This document shows, in pieces, positions 15,021 to 28,265 of a stretch of DNA of 64,000 nt (positions are counted from its first letter, which is position 1; each line of letters begins with the position of its first letter). The stretch is from contig OX597819.1 in the NCBI GenBank assembly GCA_951406725.2, positions 120,466,001 through 120,530,000 of the forward strand, in the 5' to 3' direction. Below the pieces are notes generated by a model. It ran no database searches and was not told the DNA's origin. It saw only the letters and a program-made list of their open reading frames with translations. A program made the position numbers and the translations under genes. The stretch comes from Octopus vulgaris. Taxonomy: Eukaryota.

Positions 15021-15235
15021 TGTGTCTGTGTTTGTCCCCTAGCATTGCTTGACAACCGATGCTGGTGTGTTTATGTCCCCGTCACTTAGTGGTTCGGCAA
15101 AAGAGACCGATAGAATAAGTACTGGGCTTACAAAGAATAAGTCCCGGGGTCGATTTGCTCGACTAAAGGTGGTGCTCCAGCATGGCCGCAGTCAAATGAC
15201 TGAAGCAAGTAAAAGAGTAAAAGAGTAAAAGAGTA
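14791..15235 (+). mobile_element. SINE family B, full length
   Basis: A and B boxes, CORE-like block, internal (TA)(TG), (GTAAAAGA)n tail. Confidence 0.93.
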
Positions 15236-15559
15236 AGAGAGTGTGCATATAAAATCGGGGTACGCCTTATACACCAGTGAATACAGTACTCTTTTTTTGT
15301 TTTACTTTCTGGTTTAACATTACTTTTAAATTCTTATTCTTAAGAATATAGCACGTACATTGTCGTAGTTGTGTCTGTTATTTCTTGCAGATACGTATGG
15401 GATCCCTTGCTCATCTTATTTAGTACTAACTTAGTTATACAAAACTGTTGTCTCACGTTTCCTTCTCTGGGTGTGTTCGATTCTACAGAGTAGTACCATG
15501 AGTAAATATTTTCTACGTCGGCATCAGCTTGGCCGGTAGTCTTCATGTTTGTCACAGGA

Positions 15560-15810
15560 CATGCAAACACAAAATTAGTAAATATGAGGACCATGAGGTT
15601 GTTGATGATAATGGTGTTAAACAAGAGGCTGCACTGAAATAAAGGACGTTCCAAGATGATAAACAAGCAAAAATGACCATGAACCTTAAGACAATTATCA
15701 TTTGGAATTTACACAATATAGAAAAATAAACATGATGCATTTGAGAAAAATATAGGCAGGTGCTGTGCTGCTCAATCATTTCCCAGATTGCAGAATTTAC
15801 TGGCATACAT
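15560..15810 (+). pseudogene. Possible MULE-type transposase remnant
   Basis: Frameshifted AFEK...AVLLNHFPDCRI resembles the DFE...FP...I segment of Mutator transposases; weak. Confidence 0.25.
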
Positions 15811-16040
15811 TCAACTGTTTGATTTTTGACTTAAGCGCAGCCAGATAATAAGCTACACATATGATACATCATCTTCCCGGTTTTACCGCGGTTTTATCGC
15901 CCGATATAAAAAGAATCTGCACGGTAATCTCCCCCTGTCAACTAAACGATGAAGTAGAGAATATTTATTACATTTTTTTGTTATGGCCATTTCTGCTTGA
16001 ACACAGACACAAACACACATACTCAGATAACCCTGTCCCT

Positions 16041-16103
<63 letters not shown>

Positions 16104-16185
16104 CATATAAATACACAAGCATATTTATTTACACATATATAAATATATCAGTGTGTGTATGTGTGTATGTGTATATATATATGTG

Positions 16186-16226
<41 letters not shown>

Positions 16227-16291
16227 GTATAAATATATATATGTATATATAAATATATGTGTGTATATATATAAATGCATATATACATACA

Positions 16292-16323
<32 letters not shown>

Positions 16324-16999
16324 AAATACGTGTATATATATGAGTGTATATATGCCTATGGCTGTATTTATAATTATTTCAAAATACTTATATCTTTAAG
16401 ATAAATATACCTGATACCTACACCGTCTGTTTCGACGGTGATCAATCTGTTTTTTGATAAACTGAACTGCCTCTTCGTTAAACCGTTCTGTAAGTGACAG
16501 CAGTTCCCAGTTAAATTGAATCCCAGAGAGAATGAGCTTGACTGTGTGTGATAAGATGACGTGGGAATTACTGCTACAATTTAGATCGGATGTCTTATGT
16601 CTACAGCGTTTTCATCACATAGTTTGAATATAAACCAGGCCACTGGTAAACGCACTTGACCAAATGGCCAGAAAATTGGGGACGGACCGGGAAATACATG
16701 TTTGTTCGAAAGACGTCGCAGCCTCACAAACATGGAAAAAACACACACGTATTCATGCAGGCATACACAGGCACAGACTTACAAATACACACAGACACAA
16801 AGAGATAACTTTACATATATGTATGTATCCCTCAGTAATCCTCGAATTCTCTTGCGATCTATGTATCTATATATATATATGCGTGTACGCATATGTAAGC
16901 ATGTGCTCTCGTTCACACACACACACACACACACTTACACACATACTTATACACATATATATATATATCCATATACATACACACACACATACGTGTATA

Positions 17000-17041
<42 letters not shown>

Positions 17042-17042
<1 letters not shown>

Positions 17043-17272
17043 GCGGCGAGCTGGCAGAAACGTTAGCACGCCGGGCGAAATGCTTTGTGGTATTTCGTCT
17101 GTCGTTACGTTCTGAGTTCAAATTCCGCCGAGGTCGACTTTGCCTTTCATCCTTCCGAGGTCGATAAATAAAAGTACCAGTTTCGCACTGGGGTCGATGT
17201 AATCGGCTTAATCCGTTTGTCTATCCTTGTTTGTCCCCTCTATGTTTAGCCCCTTGTGGGTAATAGAGAAAT
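17042..17272 (+). mobile_element. SINE family A, full length
   Basis: GGCGGCGAGCTGGCAGAAACG head, GAGTTCAAATTCC B box, GGTCGACTTTGCCTTTCATCCTTCCGAGGTCGATAAA central block (Meta/MESC-like from memory, unverified). Confidence 0.93.
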
Positions 17273-17284
17273 ATATATATATAT

Positions 17285-17319
<35 letters not shown>

Positions 17320-17531
17320 CATACATACATACATGTATATATATATTCGTGTATGTCGGTATATGCATACATGTATGTGTGTATTTATGTATATATATAT
17401 ATATATATATATAAATATATATATATACATACATATGCGTATACATATCTAAATAAATAAACAGTATGTACAGATGTATATATGTATGTGTATATAAATA
17501 TAGATATCTATATGAGCATATGAGTATAGGA

Positions 17532-17574
<43 letters not shown>

Positions 17575-17625
17575 TATATGTATATATACATATATATGTA
17601 CATATATATTCATATATATATATGT

Positions 17626-17700
<75 letters not shown>

Positions 17701-18228
17701 CGTATGTACATACATATGAGAAAGAAAGAAAGGGAGAGATAGTGTATGCGTATATATATATGTGTGTGTGTGTGTATGTGTGTGTGTGTTTGTGTGTGTG
17801 TGAAGGAACACATTTCCATATACGGCGCAGCGAAGTAATCTTGGTATCTGTAGCGAAGGTTAGATCGATGGTTGAAATGTATTTTAGGCGTGCAAATATA
17901 AATATCAATAGATCTTAAGAGAGCTGTACGAGGTTTGCTATGTGAGATTGTGTTTTGATAGTTTCCAAATACTCAATCTGAGTCATTCGTTAACCACTTT
18001 TTAATGCCGGCATCAATGCAGCGTCACTGAAATGTGTTCGTACGTGCGCCGCATGTATGCGCGTGGGAACATAATTTACCATAGCATGTGCTGGTATACG
18101 TATATGTATATATGTATATATTTGTGTGTGTGTGTGTGAGTGTGTGTGTGCATGTGTGTGTGTATGTTTGTGTATATATGTGTGTATATATATATATGTG
18201 TGTGTGTGCATGTGTGTGTGTGTGTGTA

Positions 18229-18259
<31 letters not shown>

Positions 18260-18383
18260 TAACACACATATATCTATCTCTATATATATGCATATATGTA
18301 TCTATATATATGTGTGCATATATATATATATACGTATATATATGTATGTATATATAAATGTATGTATATATATACATATACAT

Positions 18384-18428
<45 letters not shown>

Positions 18429-18520
18429 TGTATATATGTATGATGTACATATGGAGACAGAGGGAGAAGATATGAGTAGAGATGTATACATACACTCACA
18501 CACATACACACACACACACT

Positions 18521-18551
<31 letters not shown>

Positions 18552-18690
18552 GTAGATGTTTTTGACAGTGTTCGCTTATGCATAGATATGTTTTCATGCA
18601 TATAAATATGATACATATGCGAGTAATCATATATTTGTGTGTCCGTGTGTTTGTATGCGAGTACACATATCTATGTATACACACGCATAC

Positions 18691-18729
<39 letters not shown>

Positions 18730-18800
18730 TATTTGAGTGTGTGTGCGTCTGTCTGCATATATATATATATATATATGGGAGTGTGTGTGTTTCTGTCTGC

Positions 18801-18862
<62 letters not shown>

Positions 18863-18871
18863 GTATGTATA

Positions 18872-18935
<64 letters not shown>

Positions 18936-19099
18936 GTATGTATATATACTTACATACATATACATGTTATATGCACTCATATAGGGTGAGAGAATGTTGG
19001 AATCTGAAGGAGGGAAGAAGGTTTTTAATAAGGCTTTGTTAAACGAATGCTTTTCTGAACCTAAGTCACAACACTTTGTGGAAATACAAATCCACATAC

Positions 19100-19360
19100 G
19101 AAGGTGAATGGCCTAGTAGTTAGAGTGCTGCACTTACAATCTCAGGTTCGTGATTTCAATTCCTAGTCCGGGATGTGGACTTTGTTTTTGTGCGAAAACA
19201 CTACACCTCACGTTGCTGTGCTATAACTTTGACCCCTGACGTGTGGCACGCAGTGCGCCCGCTCAGACAACGCCGATATGATGGAGAGAGTGAGGTAATG
19301 TGTGGCACGAACATTTGATCAATATAATCGAATCATTTTTGCAGGTCGTTCGACAAAATC
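19100..19360 (+). mobile_element. SINE family C-related, divergent tail
   Basis: GAAGG...TGGCCTAGTAGTTAGAGTG head and CACGTTGCT core. Confidence 0.6.
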
Positions 19361-19399
19361 TAAACGCTCATACGACGCCTTTGATGGGAGAATCCACCA

Positions 19400-19465
<66 letters not shown>

Positions 19466-19478
19466 TTATATATATATA

Positions 19479-19719
19479 TACGATAATCCCTCTCCACATC
19501 GCTGTTCACCTATCGCGGCTCACCTGTCGCGGTTTATTATTTAAGCTTACGTCGATTCTTCCGTGGAGTTGTTTTGCATTTATAATGAAATAAATATATA
19601 CAAATTATAAAAATAGTAAAAAAAAATGTTTAGTACTGTACTATTTCTACTTCGCGGATCTTCACCTATCGCATGGGGTTTTGGATCGTAACACCCGCGA
19701 TAGTCGAGAGATTCCTGTA
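19479..19719. mobile_element. Tigger/pogo-type MITE
   Basis: Imperfect TIRs TACGATAATCCCTC / GAGAGATTCCTGTA, internal repeated CACCTATCGC, TA ends. Confidence 0.7.
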
Positions 19720-19728
19720 TACATATAA

Positions 19729-20070
19729 CAGGGTACAGTCTTGGTAACGTAATAAAGAAATTGCTTCTGTTTTTGGTAGCTCTTCTGGTTGTTATCAGTT
19801 ACGCAGGCAGCCACATTTACTCTCTACGCCGACAATACACAAGTCGTATAAACATGTAGACGATTCTAATCTGCACCAGAATGATCTATATGCTATATAT
19901 AAATGGACAGCAGAAAACAGCAGGCAATTAAATGCAAGAAAAAGGTGCGGCAATCTCAGAGTTCACCACAGTTTGAGATCTAGAGATTAATATGAACAAT
20001 GATGTCTCGTTTCATGTACATATGACGAAGATGGTGGCAATGTACAGGCGAATGACAGTATGGATTCAGG
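19729..20070 (+). mobile_element. CR1/Jockey-group LINE reverse transcriptase fragment
   Basis: QGTVL...TLYADNTQV...QNDLYAIYKWTAENSRQLNA...LRDLEINMNNDVSFHVH (YADDT-type motif), degraded. Confidence 0.8.
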
Positions 20071-20668
20071 TAAATTTGTTTTCGTTGGAAAGGTACCTTC
20101 ATCATTAAGTGTATTTGTGAAATAGTAATCACTCTAATTTGCCCTTATGCAGCATTAATAATGTATATTACCTGCATTGGGATGAGACTGTATGTTAGTG
20201 ACTTGCATCGCTTGTGGGGTCATGAAGAAATCAATGTTGTATAGAAATATATAATTTGTTACAATTATTAAAGATCAAAAGCTTTTCGAAAGCATTAAAA
20301 CATAAGCATTATATCTACGGATATCCATTTGGTAGCCTAAAGTATACTCTTATTTATAAGAGAAATGTATAGCGGTATGTTATGCTTCATTTTACTTCTC
20401 GATTTACTAATGGTTATGCAAATGTAGTCGGCTGATGTATTGGTTTGCGTTATTACCAATATAACCAGTGTAATTTCGGTTAGATTCAGGACAGTGGTTT
20501 GTAACAGAAATTTGAAATTTGAACAGAAACTGTATTTTTTTTTTTCTGATTTCTTCCAGTGAAATTAGCAGTACTAATTATTCATTAAACAGGCTTACTA
20601 AAACTTATAAAACAGAAGCACCGTTCAGATTTAGTTTGTATTTAATGCTTATGTATTTAATGCTTATA

Positions 20669-21056
20669 TACTCTTTACTGTTTTACTTGTTTCAGTCATT
20701 TGATTGTGGTCATGCTTGAGCACGGCCTTTAGTCGAGCAAATCGACCCCAGGACTTATTCTTTGTAAGCCTAATACTTATTCTATCGGTCTCTTTTGCAG
20801 AACCGCTAGGTTACGGGGATGTAAACACACCAGCATCGGTTGTCAAGCGATATTAGGGGGATAAACACAGATACACATACATATACATATATACATATAT
20901 ACAATGCACTTCCTTCAATTTCCGTCTTCCAAATCCACCCACAAGGCATTGGTCGGCTCGAGGCTTTAGTAGAAGACACTTGTCCAAGGTGCCACGCCGT
21001 TGGATTGAACCCGAAACCATGTGGTTGGTAAGCAAGCTACTTACCACACAGCCACT
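20669..21056 (-). mobile_element. SINE family B, near full length
   Basis: Reverse complement of the 14791-15235 copy. Confidence 0.9.
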
Positions 21057-21117
21057 ATATATGTATATATGTATATATCTGCTTGCGTATATATGTATGT
21101 GTGTATACATATATAGT

Positions 21118-21375
21118 TGGCACTCCACCGGTTGCGACGAAGTGTGTTGCAGTTGAACCGTTCAACGGAACATCCTGGCTGTAAAATTAATGTGCAACTG
21201 GTTGAGTAGTCCTCGGACACGTGCACCCTTAACGTAGTTTTGTGGGAGGTTCAACAACATAACACAGAGCGTAACAAGGCCGGCCCCTTTGAAATTCTGG
21301 TACAACTTATTTTTACCAGTTTAGCGGACAAGAGCAAGGTAAAATAGAACGTTTTGCTTAAGGACACAGCGTGCC
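21118..21375 (-). mobile_element. SINE family C, tail type 1 (head lost)
   Basis: Matches 36161-36400. Confidence 0.8.
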
Positions 21376-21524
21376 CTGACGACATGACATTTAAACGCTA
21401 TTAGTTACCTGAAAATCTGAAAATACGTTTTTTGTACAACAAAGAATGATGAAACCGTCCAATGGTGACGTGAAATAAACGAATATCAAGTGTTTCGATC
21501 AAGGACACTGCCAAAACTTTTAGA

Positions 21525-21845
21525 GAAGGCGCGTGGCATATTGGTTACGTTATTCGGCCATGATCGTCAGACCGTGAGTTCGATTCGCGACGGTGCTATG
21601 TGTCTTTGAGCAAAACACTTTATTTCTCGTTACTCCAGTCCGTTCAGGTGGCAAAAAAATTACTTATACCTGTAATTCAATGAGCCAGCCTTGTTACACT
21701 CTGCTTCACGCTCAATCTCTCTGGGAACTACATTACAAGTACGTGTGTCTGTGGAGTACTCAGCCACTTTCACGCTAAATTCACAAGTATGCTGTTCCTC
21801 TGAAAATATCTACTAGAACTTTCATTCTTGCAACTGATGGAGACA
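21525..21845 (+). mobile_element. SINE family C, tail type 1
   Basis: GAAGGCGCGTGGC head, GAGTTCGATTC B box, core and tail shared with 36161-36472. Confidence 0.85.
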
Positions 21846-21852
21846 GACTGCA

Positions 21853-21889
<37 letters not shown>

Positions 21890-21890
<1 letters not shown>

Positions 21891-22090
21891 GTTAATCCAA
21901 ACATGAAAGCACAAAAAACACAACAACGCGAGGACATGGAACAAATATAGTGTTATTGGACGCTCAGGAAAGAAGGGAAGAAGGAGGGTTTAACGTTTCG
22001 AGCGGAGCTCTTCGTCAGAAACATAGGAAAAGTAAAGATCCAGAGAAGGGAAGACAGAGGAAAAAAATCGCCAACGGTACACACGCGGTC

Positions 22091-22091
<1 letters not shown>
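21890..22091 (-). mobile_element. Short (TA)n-flanked Penelope-like non-coding element
   Basis: About 200 bp between (TA)n tracts; carries an intact minimal hammerhead. Confidence 0.65.
21988..22022 (-). ncRNA. Minimal type I hammerhead ribozyme motif
   Basis: guuu CUGACGA a gagc-ucc-gcuc GAAA cguu aaac: all core bases, perfect stems I and II, loop-less palindromic stem III. Confidence 0.78.
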
Positions 22092-22154
<63 letters not shown>

Positions 22155-22167
22155 GGAGAGAGAGAGA

Positions 22168-22537
22168 GTGGAGGCACACCGGCACAGTGGTTAGGGCAGC
22201 GAACTCGCGGTCGTGGGATCGCGGTTTCGATTCCTAAACCGGGCGTTATGTTTATTGGATGAAAACACCTAAAAGCTCCTCGAATCTCCGTCAGTGGCGA
22301 ACCTGCTGTACTCTTTCACCACAACTTTCTCTCACTCTTTCTTCCTGTTTCTGTTGTAATTGCATTTCAAAAGGCCAGCCATGTCACACTTTGTGTCACG
22401 CTGAAACTCCCCGAGAACTACGTTAAGTGTACATGTGTCCGTGGAATGCTCAGCCACTTACATGTTAACATCACGAGCAAGCTGTTCCTTTTATCGAATC
22501 AACTAGAACCCTCGTCGTCGTAACCGACGGAGTGCCA
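22168..22537 (+). mobile_element. SINE with alternative head (shared with 63657) and family C tail type 1
   Basis: GTGGAGGC...GTGGTTAGGGCAGC...GTTTCGATTCC head; ends CCCTCGTCGTCGTAACCGACGGAGTGCCA. Confidence 0.85.
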
Positions 22538-22787
22538 CGATATAAGAGTGAACAATGGATTATATGGTATATCTACAAATATTTCATTAAGAGATAGCAT
22601 TATGACGTCACATCGTACAGGCAGGTATGCAAGAAGTGCAAGAACTACCAGGTTATGTAATATCTTTACTGTTATCCTCAAATTTTCAGGTTACATCAAA
22701 ACAATTTTTGATTCTTTTGCTCTTTGATCTGATCAATGATGTTAGATTTCCTCAATGCTGATACGTAACTTGGCATTCTCACTTCCT

Positions 22788-23204
22788 TCTTATTTCTTTA
22801 TTGACCACAGGGGGCTAAACAGAGAGGGGACAAACAAGGACAGACAAACGGATTAAGTCGATTACATCAACCCCAGTGCGTAACTGATACTTATATAATC
22901 GACCCCGAAAGGATGAAAGGCAAAATCGACCTCGGCGGAATTTGTACTCAGAACGTAGCGGCAGACGAAATACCTATTTCTTTACTACCCACAAGGGGCT
23001 AAAAACAGAGAGGACAAACAAGGACAGACAAACGGATTAAGTCGATCACATCGACCCCAGTGCGTAACTGGTATTTATTTAATCGACCCCGAAATGATGA
23101 AAGGCAAAGATGATCTCGGTGGAATTTGAACTAAGAACGTAGTGGCAGACGAAATACTGCAAAGCATTTTGCCCGCCGGCTAACGTTTCTGCCAGCTCGC
23201 CGCC
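22788..23204 (-). mobile_element. Dimeric SINE family A
   Basis: Two bodies and one head; junction CAGACGAAATACCTATTTCTTTACTACCC. Confidence 0.9.
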
Positions 23205-23429
23205 TTCCTTCTGTCAATTTGATTGGCGCCCTAATTGAAACACCTACGATTCCGATTGGCCAATGTGTTGCAGCCCCCTCTCTAGTAGTATTTCTTATTT
23301 GATTTTCACATGTTGCTATGTTTTTCAATGTAGAGGCATATCATTATTTACCTCCCTACATCATGGTATATCCAAAAGATTTGAGTCTTCAAATGTCACG
23401 TATTACATAATCATATAGATCTCGGCAAC

Positions 23430-23567
23430 AAATTTTGGCACAAGGCCAGCAATTTCGGGTATAGGGGATACGTTGCTTACATCGACGTCAGTGTACCCTC
23501 TGGTACTTAATTTATCGACCCCGAAAGGATGAAACGCAAAGTCCACCTCGCGGAATTTGAATTCATA
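23430..23567 (-). mobile_element. SINE family A fragment
   Basis: ATCGACCCCGAAAGGATGAAA block. Confidence 0.8.
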
Positions 23568-25529
23568 ATCTTATAGGTATTTCACCACGCCTTACATATC
23601 TGCTTGTAGGGTGTTGCGTCACAATAAAATCTCTTAACAAAACATTTGTAGATAAACCATACACTCCATTCATCTCGCTTTATAGTTGTATTACATCTCG
23701 CTTAAAGCTCTTTTCAATTTTGGGTACTCTTTGATTTTTCAAAATAGTAATTAACAGTGAACTTCCTTCCATTGATGAGTATTTCTCGCCAGCTGAATAG
23801 AACATTTATCTGTTGATTCGCGTGTTACTCTCTATCCATCTATCCATTAAACGTGGCGAAATACAAAGTAGAGTTAATGCAAATATTTAAAATAACGACT
23901 TCAAACATAGTATACTGGCGAGTGCTATACAATGTTATTGGGTGTTGCCTCAGGGAGAAACATATTTCGCGTCCTATTCTGTTACTTTTTGAAAGACATC
24001 TTTGAAAGAACATCAAAAGAAAGAAGCAAAAATGTGCTTCTGTAAGATATCTCACAAATAGACTTATATAGAGAACTCTGATTCCTTAAGAATTTAGTTT
24101 TCATTTATTATGTGAAATCTTCGTTCTTCTCAACAGACAAACACATTTTATCTATACATTTCTCTTTCTATACACACAGATACACACACAAACATACACA
24201 CATGTTGAACAGATTTATTTCAAAACATTTCTTGGTGGTTTCTCAAAATTTTGTTATCAATATTTTTTTCAGATTATTGTACAAGATCTTTAGGATTAGT
24301 GAAACATCAAAATTCCCAAATCCATCATCAACGGTTTTAGACCATTTTCTCTCGTCTTACAGATGATGTGATAGCGAAGAGTTTTGCTCCTACTTTCTTC
24401 CTGCCCACATCTCCTTAAATCTTTCATAGAAACCCTTCATACATTTTATATCTAGAGGAGACAGAATTTCAGTTGCTAAGGATGACAATGATGCCGCATT
24501 CAAGTTTCTTAAAGACATTCTTACCGTTCAATGCAGCTCAAAATCAATAAATATGTTTTTTTGTTTAACTTCCTCGGATATCCAGTTCTTGTGTGTAATG
24601 TGTAAACTTGTCTATGAGTTGCTCTTTCTAAAGTGGCTATCATCGAATCCATCCTGATGCTTTTGGGGAGACAATCCGATTACCTGAAAGAGATCGGATC
24701 ACGTAGCCTCTGTTAGTCATTTCCAAAATGTCTCCATGCTCTATCACATATTTGCATTCAAAACAGTTGTCTATTCTGTCTGAGGGTTCGTTGCTTGTCT
24801 TCAGCAATGGGTGATTTGAGAGTTATATAGCTTCATGATAAGGCACTTGGATGTTGTTTATCCGAAACTCTGGAAAGTGTTTTGCTGCAAAACGGACGCA
24901 TGAAGCGAATGTAGGACAAAATCATCGATTCCATCATGCTGTCTGCTAGGTATTTAGTCTATTTAATGCCAGTCCTTGAAACCAGAAACCTTCTGAGGTA
25001 TTTTATGATTAATTGGTTGTGAGAAAAGCGTGTTTTTCGCAAGGAGATCATAATAGTTACAAAACCGCATTAGACGAAACCCATTGTTGCTCATTCTGCT
25101 TACACAGTGAATACCAATCACACCTACATGAAGTCCCATTATAATTGTTTATCTTGGAAATAAAGTAACCAGGCAGCAGAGTATTTTAATTACGTGGGTG
25201 ATCTGAGAAGACAGAAGAGCAGATTGTCGCAAGATATAGTCGGAGGCTGGCTGTTTATTAAATAAATTATGTTCCCTCCATCAGATTTATATTTAATACC
25301 ACACTGTGATTACGTTAACCTTAGAGAAGATGCGTTAGTTGGCTTGCAATGAAAGATTCGATGACAAACTTAACACCGGATGAAGATTTACTTTTCTTCT
25401 TTTGCCTGTATAATGGGAGGTGCAGTAAACCGATTCTTCTGCTTGAATTACTGCACCTCCTTGTGAATCTGTTTCATGAAGGGCGGCAATATAAATGAGA
25501 TCACAAATATAAATGTATTAGATTAAAGT

Positions 25530-26139
25530 ATTGGTTTCACATTTTGGCACAAGGCCAGTAGCTTCGTGAGAGGTGGGTAAAATCGATTACATCAACCTAG
25601 TGCCCATCTTATTTCATCGACCCCGAAAGGATGGAAGACAAAGTCGACCTCGACGGAATTTGAACTCAGAACGTAAAGACAGACGAAATTTCGCTAAGCT
25701 TTTCCCCCGGCATGCTAACGATTCTACTAGCTTGACGCCCTTTTTTCACTACTCTAGGCACAAGACCCGGAATTTTGGGGGAGAAGGAAGTCGATTAGAT
25801 CGACACCACTACACAACTGGTATTTAATTTATCGACCCCGAAAGGATGAAAGACAAAGTTGACATCGGCGGAATTTGAACACAGAACGTAAGACAGACGA
25901 AATACCTATTTCTTTACTACCCACAAGGGGCTAAGCACAGAGGGGGCAAACAAGGACAGACAAACGGATTAAGTCGATTATATCGACCCCAGTGCGTAAC
26001 TGGTACTTATTTAATCGACCCCGAAAAGATGAAAGGCAAAGTGGACCTCGGCGGAATTTGAACTCAGAACGTAACGACAGACGAAATACGGCTACGCATT
26101 TCGTCCGGCGTGCTAACGTTTCTGCCAGCTCGCCGCCCT
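25530..26139 (-). mobile_element. SINE family A monomer plus dimer
   Basis: Three central blocks; head ends GCCAGCTCGCCGCC near 26137. Confidence 0.9.
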
Positions 26140-26544
26140 ATATTAATATAAAATATTGATATGGTGAGAGGTCTTCATCTGAGAAACGGAAACACCGTCT
26201 TGAAGGATTCGCATATTCCCAGCTGCAACGTTCACCTGCTTCATCACAGCTTTCTGAAAACTATTTAAATCATTACAACTGCTGTATTGGACAATAAGAC
26301 AGATGCAGAAATTTGAAAAGCAAATACTGTAGTATATAACTTAGGGTCTCCCTCTTATGTTTCTTCCCTAGTACGAGGATATTCGTGCTGTGTCTGAAAT
26401 GACGCGCTTAATTACTGGGATCAGATAAATTCTCATATTTCCATACCAGGACGGACATTGCTGAAAAATTGCCAAAACGTGGACTTTCTACTGAAGACTT
26501 CTGGTAGTAACCTATACCTGTTCTAATCTCTTTATTCCAATATC

Positions 26545-26833
26545 AGAGTATCAAGGTATTGACCAAACTATCGGATGTTGTTATGCATCGCTGGTCACAG
26601 TGCATTTCGTATTGTTTTAACATTCGAATGACGCCACCTCACTACTTAAGCGAGCAAGGGCAACAATCTCCGATCTGTCTCAGGGTTTCTCATTTACAGT
26701 GGAGTGGAGTGGAGTGGAACAACGAGACGTAAGTGTTTTGCCCAAGAATACAACGGGCCGCCCGTCCTAGGAATCGAAGCCATGATCTAGCGATCTCGAG
26801 TGCAATATCTTAACCACTAGGCCACGCGACCTC
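26545..26833 (-). mobile_element. SINE family C, tail type 4
   Basis: Reverse head TTAACCACTAGGCCACGCG with GGAATCGAAG B box; core GTGTTTTGCCCAAGAATACAAC. Confidence 0.7.
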
Positions 26834-27080
26834 ACTCTTTGCAATATGCAATGGAATTATGGGAGAATACAAGAAAAAGGATATGGTTGTAAGTGAGCCA
26901 TTGAACAAAGAGAACACAATGTTTTGAAAATGATTGTGATGGTTTAAGTAGAACCATTCAAAGATTTTGGCCATGCAGATAACGACTGTCTACCAATATT
27001 CCGTGATAGTCTTTTGATTATCGGCAAAATTTGTTTACCACCTCGAGGTTATCTATTTCCTGGCGCATTAATAGTAGTCA

Positions 27081-27111
<31 letters not shown>

Positions 27112-27127
27112 CATACATACATACATA

Positions 27128-27465
27128 CATAACAGGCCGGATATTTTTGCTTGGGACAGATAAGAATAAGTATGTATCATCATAGAGGTCAGATGTCTTG
27201 CTGACGTGAATATTTCTTTGATAATAAAAGAGAAAGATGATAACGATGGCTAGCTGATTCGAAACCTCATGCTTCTATATCCAAATTACAAATTCACATC
27301 TATGCGAATTAAAATTGATGCAGTTGGTTTTGTGATTAATATCTAAGTAACAATCTGGGTAACCTGGGGCTTTCAGGAAAAATAATCGCTCAGCTAGCAA
27401 GCACATTACAAATACAGGGAAACATGAAAATTATGCAAGATTATTTACAAACTGAAAATGTGAAT
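27128..27465 (+). mobile_element. RLE endonuclease domain fragment of R4/Dong-like LINE
   Basis: HNRPDIFAWDR...IIEVRCLADVNI...KEK...LIRNLMLLYPNYKF (PD-(D/E)xK); starts directly after (TACA)n. Confidence 0.85.
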
Positions 27466-27489
27466 TGGTTTTTGCTGTCTACATCCTAC

Positions 27490-27685
27490 TTCTTATTTCT
27501 TTATTGCTCACAAGGGGCTAAACATAGAGGGGACAAACAAGGACAGACAGAGGAATTATAACGGCACCAGTGCGTAAATGGTACTTAATTTATCGACCCC
27601 GAAAGGATGAAAGGCAAAGTCGACCTCGGCGGAATTTGAACTCAGTAGGTAACAGCAGACGAAATACCGCTAAGCATTTTGGCGG
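27490..27685 (-). mobile_element. SINE family A
   Basis: Central block and T1 tail. Confidence 0.88.
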
Positions 27686-27769
27686 ACCATTGTATTTTCG
27701 TCACAGACCAGCTCTTTCCTCAGAGGAAGATTTCAAATAGTTAAAATTAGAAGTGAACAAATGTATACA

Positions 27770-28265
27770 TGTATATATTGCCCCTGAAGCATGGTTAAAT
27801 TGTAAAGACTGTTTATCCGCAGGAAGGATTGCCCTGTCGTATACATCAAAGGCATGTCAGAACCAGCATGTAGTCGCATCTTTAAAGAAATATTGGCAGA
27901 ACACCACAGAAAAAACAGCAATGGGGTGCAAGCATAACGGACTGGTATTGCACTATAAGTTAGGGGACAAAACTCATGCAGTTTTGGCGAGGTCAGCTGC
28001 CCAGCGGATGTGAGTGTACCATCAAATGTCCAGGAAAAAAGAGAATATTTATGGCGAATTAACGCGGAACTTACAGCTCTTGTGCTCTGACTATGAATTT
28101 AATTTTGTACCTATTAGCATAGATATTACGCACCAACAAATTTCCACAAAAACCTAGAAATATTTGGTTTCACGAAGTAGATCAAAACAGAGGCAGATTC
28201 TCCAAATCAAATCTGATAGTGGCAAAATAAAGGTTTGTAAGACATTCCAAAGATTTTTCATCTGA
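27770..28265 (+). mobile_element. Second RLE-domain LINE 3' fragment
   Basis: YILPLKH...CKHN...EVSCPADV...ENIYGELTRNLQLL...KVCKTFQRFFI*, with frameshifts. Confidence 0.82.

Noticed and set aside
13273-15288. Tc2/pogo-like termini TACTGTATTTGCCGG ... CCAGTGAATACAGTA as one element
   Set aside because: The ends are TIR-like but too degraded to show they belong together.
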